NCBI GenBank assembly: GCA_963559365.1 | Contig: CAUWKC010000003.1 | Location: 2,769-66,768 of the forward strand | DNA from: an uncultured Clostridia bacterium | GTDB lineage: Bacteria; Bacillota; Clostridia; TANB77; CAG-508 | Length of the DNA: 64,000 nucleotides | Direction of reading: 5' to 3' | In this document: piece by piece, positions 48,001 through 56,066 of the stretch | How the letters are laid out: each line of letters begins with the position of its first letter | Numbering within the stretch: the stretch's first letter is position 1 | Position numbers and translations under genes: made by a program | Notes under the pieces: generated by a model | The model's input: the letters and a program-made list of their open reading frames with translations, nothing else | What the model was told of the DNA's origin: nothing | Databases searched by the model: none

Positions 48001-49399
48001 TATTCGTTCTTTATTAGCTAGTATGAAAAAACGTGAACAAGAAAAAAGAGAAAAAATATCAGATGGTAATTACGAAGTAAAGAAAAAAATCTTTACCAAA
48101 GAGATGCGTAAAGATTATACAATTTTAATCCCACAAATGGCACCTATACATTTTGAACTATTAGAAGCAGCTGTTGCATCTTCTGGTTACCATGTAGAAT
48201 TATTAAGAGAATGTACCCAAAAAACTGTAGAAACTGGTTTAAAATACGTTAATAATGATGCTTGTTACCCATCTATTTTAGTAACAGGTCAAATGATAGA
48301 AGCTTTACAATCTGGCAAATATGACTTAAATAAAACAGCTTTAATTATGTCACAAACTGGTGGAGGATGCCGTGCAACAAATTACATTGGCTTTATACGA
48401 AAAGCCCTAAAAGACGCTGGTTTCTCTAATATTCCTGTTATCTCCTTCAACATTGTTGGTATGGAAAAAATGCCAGGATTTAAATTAACAGTTCCTTTAG
48501 TAGAAAAACTATTAAGAATGGTTGTATATGGTGATTTATTACAAAAAATGCTAACAAAAAATAGAGCTTATGAAAAAAACAAAGGAGAAACACAAAAGTT
48601 ATTTGATTCTTGGATGATAAAATGTAAAGAATTATTAGCAAAAGCAAACAACAAAGAATTTAAGCAAAGTATTTACGATATAGTAAATGATTTTGAAAAA
48701 ATAGAATTAGATACTTCTGTTCAAAAACCTCGTGTTGGTATAGTAGGTGAAGTATTAATTAAATACCATCCTTTCGGAAATAATTATGTGGCAGATTTAT
48801 TAGAAAAAGAAGGTGCTGAAGTAATTTTACCTGATTTTATGGGATTTACAAAATTTATGTGTACACATAAAATTACATTCCATAATTTACTAAATATTAA
48901 TAAAACATCTTCTAAATTAATGAAAGTAGCTATTAAATTAATTGATATTCTTGAAAAAGATGTTAAAATTGCACTATCTAAATCTAAGAAAAATTATTTA
49001 CCACCTTGTGATATTTGGCATTTAGAAGAAAAAGTAAAAGATGTTTTATCTATAGGAAATCAAACAGGAGAAGGTTGGTTTTTAACAGCTGAAATGATTG
49101 AATATATTGAAAATGGTATTCCAAATATTGTATGTGTTCAACCATTTGCTTGTTTACCAAATCACGTTGTAGGTAAGGGTGTTATTAAAACAATTAGAGA
49201 AAAATACCCAGATGCAAATATTTCTCCAGTTGATTATGACCCTGGCGCTAGTGAAACAAATCAAACTAATCGTATTAAATTATTAATGACTGTAGCTAAA
49301 GATAATTTAGCTTTACAAGAAAAAAGAAAACAAGCTATCGATATGGAAAATACATCAAATTTAGAACCTCAAGAAAAAAAGACTAGGAATGCTTTTTAA
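45041..49399 (+). CDS. Fused BadF/BcrA/HgdC-type activase (two ATPase domains) and 2-hydroxyacyl-CoA-dehydratase-related domains (~1450 aa)
   Basis: Two actin-fold ATPase modules (GLDVGSTTVKIVV.. and GIDAGSTTTKLVL..) with cluster-helix cysteines. A Cys-rich region follows (CNQCENHCKL..GNRCEKG), then dehydratase-like C-terminal domains. Start is at the Met after AAAGGAG. Confidence 0.7.
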   Translation: MININNIENTNDVLHVGLDVGSTTVKIVVMDKDKNTIYQDYQRHFSDTKNTVCKVLENLLIRFPLASFTLALTGSGAMSAAKFLGVNFIQEVVSCKRAVEKYIPKTDVVIELGGEDAKIIYFDQSIEQRMNGTCAGGTGAFLDQMASLLHTDTAGLNELAKNYSTIYPIASRCGVFAKTDIQPLINEGAAKEDIAASIFQAVVNQTISGLACGRPIRGNVAFLGGPLNYLSELRTRFIETLHLKDDEIIVPEEAHLLVAKGAALDSINSDVITTNELEQKIENLRNSHDNTTHPLDPLFKNKEEYQRFLERHNKATVKKASLDNYEGNCYLGIDAGSTTTKLVLIDENNQLLYSLYESNEGNPLKSVMGMLKKLYDILPQKAILRYSGVTGYGEKLIQTALNVDLNEIETIAHYTAAKTFEPDVTSIVDIGGQDMKYIRMKDGSIDNIMLNEACSSGCGSFIETFAKSLNLEISEFVKEAINSKRPVDLGSRCTVFMNSKIKQAQKEGYSVGDISSGLSYSVIKNAIQKVMKIRDVETLGNHIVVQGGTFYNDAVLRAFELIVGKNVVRPDISGLMGAYGMALLAKEQYEANLDMSYKSTILKPDELDNLEIKVTHTRCNQCENHCKLTINKFSNGQIHVSGNRCEKGSGMITKSKKLPNLIQYKYERIFDYKPLEEQFAPRGTIGIPRVLNMYEDYPFWFTFLTTLGFRVVLSEKSTRKTYEKGMESMPSESVCYPAKLSHGHIESLLEQGIKTIFYPCMPYSRKEYEKADNHYNCPIVISYSEVLKNNVEGLKANDIKFINPFLPFDQKNLVKKIMELDEFKEYNFTKAELMEAAKKAEEEYQKCKKDIRDKGTETVRYIKENNLKGIVLAGRPYHVDPEINHGIDTLITSLGLCVLTEDSISDKAEAKRPIRVVDQWVYHARLYAAADFVGKHDNLELVQLNSFGCGVDAVTTDQVEEILNSYNKMYTLIKIDEVNNLGAVRIRIRSLLASMKKREQEKREKISDGNYEVKKKIFTKEMRKDYTILIPQMAPIHFELLEAAVASSGYHVELLRECTQKTVETGLKYVNNDACYPSILVTGQMIEALQSGKYDLNKTALIMSQTGGGCRATNYIGFIRKALKDAGFSNIPVISFNIVGMEKMPGFKLTVPLVEKLLRMVVYGDLLQKMLTKNRAYEKNKGETQKLFDSWMIKCKELLAKANNKEFKQSIYDIVNDFEKIELDTSVQKPRVGIVGEVLIKYHPFGNNYVADLLEKEGAEVILPDFMGFTKFMCTHKITFHNLLNINKTSSKLMKVAIKLIDILEKDVKIALSKSKKNYLPPCDIWHLEEKVKDVLSIGNQTGEGWFLTAEMIEYIENGIPNIVCVQPFACLPNHVVGKGVIKTIREKYPDANISPVDYDPGASETNQTNRIKLLMTVAKDNLALQEKRKQAIDMENTSNLEPQEKKTRNAF

Positions 49400-49438
49400 A
49401 AGCTCCTAGTTCTTTTTTTATTTTAAATTATTTATTTA

Positions 49439-50725
49439 CTATGGTTTTAGTGTCGTAATTGGCACAACATATACACCATCTGGTCTTTTGTAGGCTGCAT
49501 TTGAAAGTCCACATATTACGCAAAGAACTGATGGCGCTTTCCCTCCTTCTTTTTCTATTTCTTCTTTTAACTTTAATAAATTTCTCGCTGCTTCATCAAT
49601 TTTATTCGCCCCAAGTTTTATTTCAAATACACACCATTCTCCATTTTCTAATTCTATAACACAATCCACCTCTCTGTTTTGATAATCCTGATAATGATAA
49701 CATTTAGCATTAAAACTGTCAGCATATATTTTCAAATCTCTTTCTACCATTGCTTCAAATAAAAATCCAAATGTATTTAAATCATTAATTAATTTTTCTT
49801 CTTCCCTTATATTTAATAAAGAACATGCTATTGATGGATCAGCAAAATGTCTCTTTTCTGATTGTTTTACCCTTATAGAAGAACGTATATTAGTTGAAAA
49901 TGGTTCATCATTATCTAGCAAATACAATTTATCTAATGCATTTAAATACGAAGCTATTGTATCTATATCTATATCTTCATTATCAACATCGCTTATATCC
50001 TTTTTTAATGTCATATTAGATACTGTTGTACTTTCATTTCTCGCCAATGATTTTAATAATAATTTTACCTTATGTTTATCTCTATTTACTCCATCTAGTC
50101 TAATTAAATCATCATCAATTATTAACTTTATATATTCTTCTATAGCTTCACTAGAATCTTTAGGAGAATATTCTAAATTTCCAGGCCACCCTCCTCGAAT
50201 AATTAACCCCGCAAGATGTTTTAAATCCACTTCTCCTGTTAATTTTTGTTTTAATTTATTATTACATAATTCTTGAAGTGATACATCTCCTGTTGAATCT
50301 CCCGATTCAAACAAGCTCATGGTTCTTAAATATATTTTTCCATATCTTCCTGCTCCACTATGTGATATTCCTTTTCTATTAGGTGTAGAAGATCCTGTTA
50401 AAATATATTGTCCTTTTAATCCTGTTTTATCAACATCTGCTCTAATTTCATCCCATAAGTTTGTTGCTTCTTGCCATTCATCAATTAACTTTGGTTTCTT
50501 TCCCTCTAAAATTAATGATGGAGATATTTTAGCAAGTTCGACATTATTTGATGATTCTCCTGTTTTTTTATGTAAAAGTACTTCACTATTAGAATGATAT
50601 CTTCCTGCCCATGTTTTACCACAATATTTCGGACCTTCTATACAAATAGCACCAAATAGTTTTAAATAATGCTCTATCTTATCGTCAACAATTCTTTTTT
50701 TATAATTTTTTATTTCCATAATCAA
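49439..50725 (-). CDS. AAA+ ATPase of the DUF4143 type (second copy in window)
   Basis: Walker A IEGPKYCGKTW, Walker B-like LIDEWQ, and C-terminal restriction-endonuclease-like end (DCVIE..CVFEIKLG). Confidence 0.7.
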   Translation of the reverse strand: MIMEIKNYKKRIVDDKIEHYLKLFGAICIEGPKYCGKTWAGRYHSNSEVLLHKKTGESSNNVELAKISPSLILEGKKPKLIDEWQEATNLWDEIRADVDKTGLKGQYILTGSSTPNRKGISHSGAGRYGKIYLRTMSLFESGDSTGDVSLQELCNNKLKQKLTGEVDLKHLAGLIIRGGWPGNLEYSPKDSSEAIEEYIKLIIDDDLIRLDGVNRDKHKVKLLLKSLARNESTTVSNMTLKKDISDVDNEDIDIDTIASYLNALDKLYLLDNDEPFSTNIRSSIRVKQSEKRHFADPSIACSLLNIREEEKLINDLNTFGFLFEAMVERDLKIYADSFNAKCYHYQDYQNREVDCVIELENGEWCVFEIKLGANKIDEAARNLLKLKEEIEKEGGKAPSVLCVICGLSNAAYKRPDGVYVVPITTLKP

Positions 50726-50759
50726 CTAATCTCCTTTTATAATTAGATATATCAATATT

Positions 50760-50823
50760 ATTTTATTCCATTCGGTGATTTTTGTCAATCTTATTCCGTG
50801 ATATTTTATGTTTTTATTCCGTG
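50760..50823 (-). promoter_or_regulatory. Promoter (TTGACA-17-TAAAAT) with CACGGAATAA direct repeats upstream
   Basis: Minus strand: TTGACA 50788-50783 and TAAAAT 50765-50760. Exact 10-mers ttattccgtg lie at 50791-50800 and 50814-50823, plus a degenerate copy at 50763-50777. Confidence 0.45.
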
Positions 50824-50877
50824 TTTTTTATTTTGACTTACGATGTTTTATAAGCTTTTTTTACTTTTTAACTATAA

Positions 50878-50906
50878 TAAAAAAGGGATACTTTTATCCC
50901 TTTTTT
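50878..50906. terminator. Hairpin terminator after the cohesin-like gene
   Basis: AAAAGGGATA-cttt-TATCCCTTTT with flanking T/A runs. Confidence 0.6.
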
Positions 50907-50907
50907 A

Positions 50908-51600
50908 TTATTCTGATTTTTCTTCTTCTTGTTTATCATTCTCTACTTTTATTCCTTTTACTTCTTCGTATAATATATTTTTTACTTCTTCTTTTTCTCT
51001 ATGTTGAATATAATAAAATGCGATAAGTAAAATTATAATAATTGTTACAATTCCAATGATAAGAGAAATAATCATATTTCTTTTAAACATCCATTGATTA
51101 TCTAGTAAAACATCTGCCATTTCTTCTTTTTTGTTTTTGACATCAATTTTTATGTTTGTATCTTCATTTTCAATTGTGTTTTCTCCATCAGATGCCTCAA
51201 AATTCAATAAACTAATTTCTGTTTGTCCTGGTTTTGCATCATCTTTAATTTTAAAAGATAAAATCATAACTTTCTGATTTTCTTTTGTTGGTTGCATAGT
51301 TGTTGTTGTTGTTTGAATCAAATCTTCTACCATTATAGGAGTTGTCCAATTAGAACCATTTAGAATTATTGGCTCTTCTAATATTGTTTCATCATAAGAT
51401 AATACTGTACTTAATGCTACAATCCCATGTTCCATATTAATATTTTCTACTATAACTGGTATTTGAATAGTTTCACCTGTTACATATTTTTCTTTTTCTA
51501 TTTCCATTTTTATATCATATTCACTTGTTGCACCATAAGAAATTCCTACCATCAAAAGAAATATAATACAAGTTAATACAAAAATTTTTGTTTTTTTCAT
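50908..51600 (-). CDS. Cohesin-domain protein with signal peptide and C-terminal transmembrane anchor
   Basis: IKMEIEKEKYVTGETIQIPVIVENINMEHGIVALSTVLSYDETILE follows the cohesin pattern G(D/E)T(V/I)xIPV...GI...(V/L)xYD..(V/I)LE. A later KPGQTEISLLNF strand and C-terminal IISLIIGIVTIIIILLIAFYYI are present. Confidence 0.55.
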   Translation of the reverse strand: MKKTKIFVLTCIIFLLMVGISYGATSEYDIKMEIEKEKYVTGETIQIPVIVENINMEHGIVALSTVLSYDETILEEPIILNGSNWTTPIMVEDLIQTTTTTMQPTKENQKVMILSFKIKDDAKPGQTEISLLNFEASDGENTIENEDTNIKIDVKNKKEEMADVLLDNQWMFKRNMIISLIIGIVTIIIILLIAFYYIQHREKEEVKNILYEEVKGIKVENDKQEEEKSE

Positions 51601-51618
51601 CTGTAAACTCCTTACTTA

Positions 51619-54447
51619 TTACCAATTTGTTTGAATAATCCAATCTGGATGATTCGTTTGTATTGTTTCACTCTTAGAAGCTGCCATATGTCTTTGTATT
51701 TTCAAAGCATCTGTTATGTCGATAATTCCATTTGCATTAATATCTCCCAACAAGAATTTTTCGTTTTCTAAAATCCAATCTTGGTGCTTAGTAGATATTT
51801 CTTCACTAGACATTACTGCCATATGTCTTAATATTAATAATAGGTCTGTTGTGTCTATATTTCCATCTGAATTTATATCACCAATTTTTAAATTTGATCC
51901 TGTTTCTATTTCTATTACTTCTATTGTACTATAAGCTTTTTTTCCATTTGCTGTTGTTGCTGTTATAACAACTGTTCCTTTTGCTTTTATTGTTACTTTT
52001 CCTGTTTCGTCAACTGTTGCTATATTTTCATCACTACTTTTATATGTAATTTTTGTATTTTTGTTACTATTAGATGGTATTATTGTTGTCTTTAATTGAA
52101 GTGTTTGTGTTTTACCTAGTACAACTTGTATATTTTTTATATTAGTTTCAATGCTTGTTGGTTCAATTTCATTTTTGTTAGAATTTGTAACAATTACTGT
52201 ACAAATTGCAGTTGTTCCATCTTTTGCTTTTGCAATAATTTGTGTTTCTCCTGTTGAAATAGCTACTACTTTTCCTGTTTCATCTACTGTTGCTATATTT
52301 TTGTCAGAGCTACTCCATGTTATTTCCATTTCTTTTGGTTCTACTGTTGCTATTAATTTTTCTTCTTTTGTTCCGTTTAAGTCTAATTCTAATCTTTCTT
52401 TATTTAATTTTACTTTTGTATTTCCATTTGTTGTATCTTTTACTGTTACTTTACAACTTGCTTGTGCTCCATCTTCTGCTTTTGCTATAATAGTAGTTTC
52501 TCCTATTGCAATTCCTGTTACTTTTCCTGTTTCATCTACTATTGCTATATTTTTATCTGCTGTTTCCCATGTTAATTTTTTATTTTCTGGTTTTACTGTT
52601 GCATTTATTTGAGCTGTTTTCATTCCATTTAAATCTAATGTTATTTCTTTTTTGTCAAATGTAATTTGTGTTAAACCACTATTAGCTTTTATAACATTTC
52701 CTGTTAATTCTTTTCCTTTTATTAATTGTGTTACATTTCCTATTTCATCATATATTTCTTTCATAGTAAATGCTTCTTCTGCATCTACTTTTAATTCTCC
52801 TCTGTCTTCATTTGTAATAGTATATTCATATATTAAACTATTGTCTGTATTATCATATGATTTATAAGTTATTTCTTTTTTATTTCCTTCTCCAAAGTAT
52901 ATTTGTAATATTGGAGCAGTTTCATCTATAATTGGTGTTTTATCTTTGGTTCCATAAATTTTTTCATTAAAAGAAACTTTGATTTCTATTTTATCTCCTG
53001 TCTTATATTCCCCTGCTTCTGAAATTGCTTCAATTTTTTGTACACTTGGTCCTAAATTGTCAGCTATTATTTCTTTGTTTTCTTCTAATTTTTCTATTTT
53101 TGTTAAATCTGCTTTAACTCCAGATTCATTGTAAACGGTTCCTATGAAATTATCACCTGAACCTATTTCTAATTTTCCAGTATCTTCTTTTTGTATTTTA
53201 TAAGAATAATTAATTGCTTTTCCATTTGCTGAATCAAAAGTAGTTAATTTATTTTGTCCTCCTACTCCAAATTTAATAAATAATTTTGGAGCTGTATTTT
53301 TATTAATCACAATTTTCTTTTCTGTTCCATAAATATTTTTGTCAAATTCTACTTTTATTTTTATTTCTTGACCTTCACGATAAGTTCCACTACTTGGAGA
53401 TGTTACACTAACTTTACTAATGCTTGGTGCTACTTTGTCTACTGGTTCTTCTGGTTTTTCTCCTTCACCTCCAGATGTGTTTCCTCCTCCAGAGCCTCCA
53501 CTTGAGCCTCCTCCTGATGTGTCTCCTCCTCCAGAGCCTCCTCCTGATGTGTCTCCTCCTTCAGAACCTCCGCCTGAGCCTCCTCCGTCTGGCTTTTGAT
53601 TTTCTTCTTTTGAGCTATTAACTATATCTTTTATTTCGTCTGATAATTCTTTTCCTCCTATATATCCGTCTAATATATTTTCACCTTTTGATTCCTTTAC
53701 AATTTTTTCTAACATAGATTTAAAAGCCATCTTACTTTCATTATCTTTAAAATTTCCATCTTCGCCTACAAAACTTGTGCCTAATATTTTTTCTGATACT
53801 TTTATCCAAAAATTAGTATAAGAATCAAAATTTCCATCTGGATACTGTGATTGAAAATTCTTACCATTGTCAGTCCAACTATCCAACTGTTTAATATATC
53901 TTTCATAATCTCTTAATGCAGCATCAAAATTTTCTTGTATACTTTTTCTTGCCTCAGCTTCTTTTTGTTCTGCTACATCTCCTACAAAGAATCCTACTTT
54001 TATAGGTTTAGATTCTACTGTTCTCCCCCTATATGTATAAAAGGCTTTTGCATAATATGCCGTTTGTCCTGGCACAATATCATCTGCTGCTTTATAAGTT
54101 ATAGATTCTAATTTTGGTTTTTCTCCTGGATCAACTACACCTTCGATTTGAAAAAACAATTTTCTTATTTCTTCTTCAGTATATTCCTTTATATTATTTC
54201 CAGGTAAAATAAAATAACCAAAACCAGATTGCATCAACGCAGTTTCAATTAATTGATTATTAATAAGTTCCTCTGTATTATCTCCATCAGCTAGCAATTC
54301 TTTTGTTTGTGTTCCACCTATTGAAGCCAATGTTTGAATTTTTTCATCAACATTAAAAATAGCAATGGCACAAGTAACAAAAACAATAATGACACCTGTT
54401 ATTGCTGATGTAATTAAAAATATTTTCTGAGATTTTTTCATAACCAT
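51619..54447 (-). CDS. Large surface protein (942 aa): N-terminal anchor/signal, Gly/Ser linker, two ~130-aa repeats, three Big_2 Ig-like domains, C-terminal type I dockerin
   Basis: Big_2-like repeats (..TWETADKNIAIVDETGKVTGIAIGETTIIAKA.. three times). Dockerin: two EF-hand-like segments, GDINSDGNIDTTDLLLILRHMA and GDINANGIIDITDALKIQRHMA, at about nt 51619-51905. Confidence 0.7.
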   Translation of the reverse strand: MVMKKSQKIFLITSAITGVIIVFVTCAIAIFNVDEKIQTLASIGGTQTKELLADGDNTEELINNQLIETALMQSGFGYFILPGNNIKEYTEEEIRKLFFQIEGVVDPGEKPKLESITYKAADDIVPGQTAYYAKAFYTYRGRTVESKPIKVGFFVGDVAEQKEAEARKSIQENFDAALRDYERYIKQLDSWTDNGKNFQSQYPDGNFDSYTNFWIKVSEKILGTSFVGEDGNFKDNESKMAFKSMLEKIVKESKGENILDGYIGGKELSDEIKDIVNSSKEENQKPDGGGSGGGSEGGDTSGGGSGGGDTSGGGSSGGSGGGNTSGGEGEKPEEPVDKVAPSISKVSVTSPSSGTYREGQEIKIKVEFDKNIYGTEKKIVINKNTAPKLFIKFGVGGQNKLTTFDSANGKAINYSYKIQKEDTGKLEIGSGDNFIGTVYNESGVKADLTKIEKLEENKEIIADNLGPSVQKIEAISEAGEYKTGDKIEIKVSFNEKIYGTKDKTPIIDETAPILQIYFGEGNKKEITYKSYDNTDNSLIYEYTITNEDRGELKVDAEEAFTMKEIYDEIGNVTQLIKGKELTGNVIKANSGLTQITFDKKEITLDLNGMKTAQINATVKPENKKLTWETADKNIAIVDETGKVTGIAIGETTIIAKAEDGAQASCKVTVKDTTNGNTKVKLNKERLELDLNGTKEEKLIATVEPKEMEITWSSSDKNIATVDETGKVVAISTGETQIIAKAKDGTTAICTVIVTNSNKNEIEPTSIETNIKNIQVVLGKTQTLQLKTTIIPSNSNKNTKITYKSSDENIATVDETGKVTIKAKGTVVITATTANGKKAYSTIEVIEIETGSNLKIGDINSDGNIDTTDLLLILRHMAVMSSEEISTKHQDWILENEKFLLGDINANGIIDITDALKIQRHMAASKSETIQTNHPDWIIQTNW
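53471..53572 (-). repeat. Tandem ~30 nt coding repeats encoding the GGSGGG(D/N)TSG linker
   Basis: cctgatgtgtctcctcctccagagcctcct (53513-53542) is repeated at 53543-53572 with 4 changes. A longer variant lies at 53471-53512. Confidence 0.7.
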
Positions 54448-54681
54448 ACACTCCTATTTCAATTATAGTCTTATAATTTATTATTACAATATTTTTCTTA
54501 ATTTGTAAAGTACTTATTAATCATGTTGCTTAAATACACTTGTAATTAGCTTACGGATATACATTAGCCATAAAATCTCTTTTTTTTATTAAATTTATAT
54601 TACATTTTTTAAAATATCCTAATTTTTTTGTAAAAATACTTTGATTACACATATCTCCGTAAGTTTTCCTTACTTTTTAAT

Positions 54682-54710
54682 AAAAATCCTAGAAATTCTA
54701 GGATTTTTAT
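54682..54710 (-). terminator. Rho-independent terminator after the 443-aa gene
   Basis: AAAAATCCTAGAA-t-TTCTAGGATTTTT followed (minus strand) by a T-rich tail. Confidence 0.6.
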
Positions 54711-54711
54711 A

Positions 54712-56043
54712 TTAATGTTTAAATAAATTCATAGACATAACAAAATTTTCTTCTTCTTTTAACTGCATAACAAAACTTCTATCAAAAGTAGGTTCTTCTT
54801 CATTTTCCATATTTATAAAAGTAACTTGTTGTGTATATACTTTTGCCTCTTCATTAAAATCTCCAAACTCTATTTTGTAATGAGCCGGAAAATATTGTTG
54901 CATATAAGAAGTAAAATCTTCTAATGACTCAAAATAATTATTTCTAAATGTTTCATCCAAAACTTGATAAGCTGCTTTATAATCACGACTATTTATCATT
55001 TGAATCCATATATCTATGTTAGTTGCAACTTTCTCTTGTTCGGATGACTTTTTATAAATTTGTTTAAATTCATCATCTTTTATTGTATATCTATCTAATT
55101 TTATTGTATATTCATGAATTGCTGTTTCTTTAAAAGTATATATATTATCAAATTGGTCTTTACAAGTATAAAGTTTGAAATCTTCTTTATTTTCTACTTG
55201 ATATCCTTTAATTTCAATTTTAGATAAGTCTTTTTTATAATTTTGTAGATATTGTTCAAAGTTTTCTTGATTTTCAAATCTTTTATTTCTATATTCCTCA
55301 TCTAATAATTCATAACTAATATTTGCATTTGATAATAATTTTTTCTTCATGTCATTAAAATATTCTACTGCCATTTTTTCTTCTGAAATACTAACAAATT
55401 TAAATTTATTGTATTCATTTTCTTCAATTGGCTCTGAAAATACAGTATCAAAATCTTCTTTTTTACTTTCATAAGAATAATTTTTTTGTTTCATATATTC
55501 TTCTGGAAAAATTGAAAATCTCATTTGAGAACTGTCTGTTCTTACCATAATTTGAAAATCTTTTTGTGATACTTTCATAGTTCCATATACTAAAAACAAG
55601 TTAGAAGAAGCACTTTTTTCAACAAAATACATGTCTTTAATTTCTATTACTTCATCTTCTGATATTTCATTATAAAGTTTTTCTATATCTTGCTCGTTAA
55701 TATCATATTCTTGTTTATATGTTTTATCTAAAACATCTATTACTGCTTTTGTAGTAAGATTTTTTATTTCATCTTCTGTTTTTTCATCTTTTAAATCATT
55801 CAAATATGTTATATAACGCTCAATTAAAGTTTTAACTGTATAATATTTATTTCTATTTTTTACTTTTTCAATATTTTCTTCTACTTCATAGCTTTCTTGC
55901 ATTTCAAATTCTGTTGCTTTTTCTTCTTCACTTGTTCCTTTTTTATTAGAAAAATGTATCCATACCACAATAATAATTATTAGAACAATTAAAATCGCTA
56001 TTATAATTGCTAGTTTTTTAATTTTAGCTAAATCTAATTTCAT
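54712..56043 (-). CDS. Hypothetical membrane-anchored protein (443 aa)
   Basis: N-terminal TM (LAIIIAILIVLIIIIVVWI) and an acidic, Tyr-rich extracellular part. No catalytic motif recognised. Confidence 0.55.
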   Translation of the reverse strand: MKLDLAKIKKLAIIIAILIVLIIIIVVWIHFSNKKGTSEEEKATEFEMQESYEVEENIEKVKNRNKYYTVKTLIERYITYLNDLKDEKTEDEIKNLTTKAVIDVLDKTYKQEYDINEQDIEKLYNEISEDEVIEIKDMYFVEKSASSNLFLVYGTMKVSQKDFQIMVRTDSSQMRFSIFPEEYMKQKNYSYESKKEDFDTVFSEPIEENEYNKFKFVSISEEKMAVEYFNDMKKKLLSNANISYELLDEEYRNKRFENQENFEQYLQNYKKDLSKIEIKGYQVENKEDFKLYTCKDQFDNIYTFKETAIHEYTIKLDRYTIKDDEFKQIYKKSSEQEKVATNIDIWIQMINSRDYKAAYQVLDETFRNNYFESLEDFTSYMQQYFPAHYKIEFGDFNEEAKVYTQQVTFINMENEEEPTFDRSFVMQLKEEENFVMSMNLFKH

Positions 56044-56066
56044 ATCATCTTCAACCCTTTCTTTTA

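Noticed and set aside
52151-52612. 153-aa + strand ORF, and similar ones at 52290..52490 and 53424..53621
   Set aside because: Antisense to the Big_2/dockerin protein gene. They are repetitive because the sense strand is repetitive.
54549-54664. Imperfect inverted repeat CTTACGGATAT / ATATCTCCGTAAG in the intergenic region
   Set aside because: Only 11 of 13 positions match and a 2 nt indel is needed. This is weak evidence in AT-rich DNA, and the nearby hairpin at 54682-54710 already explains termination.
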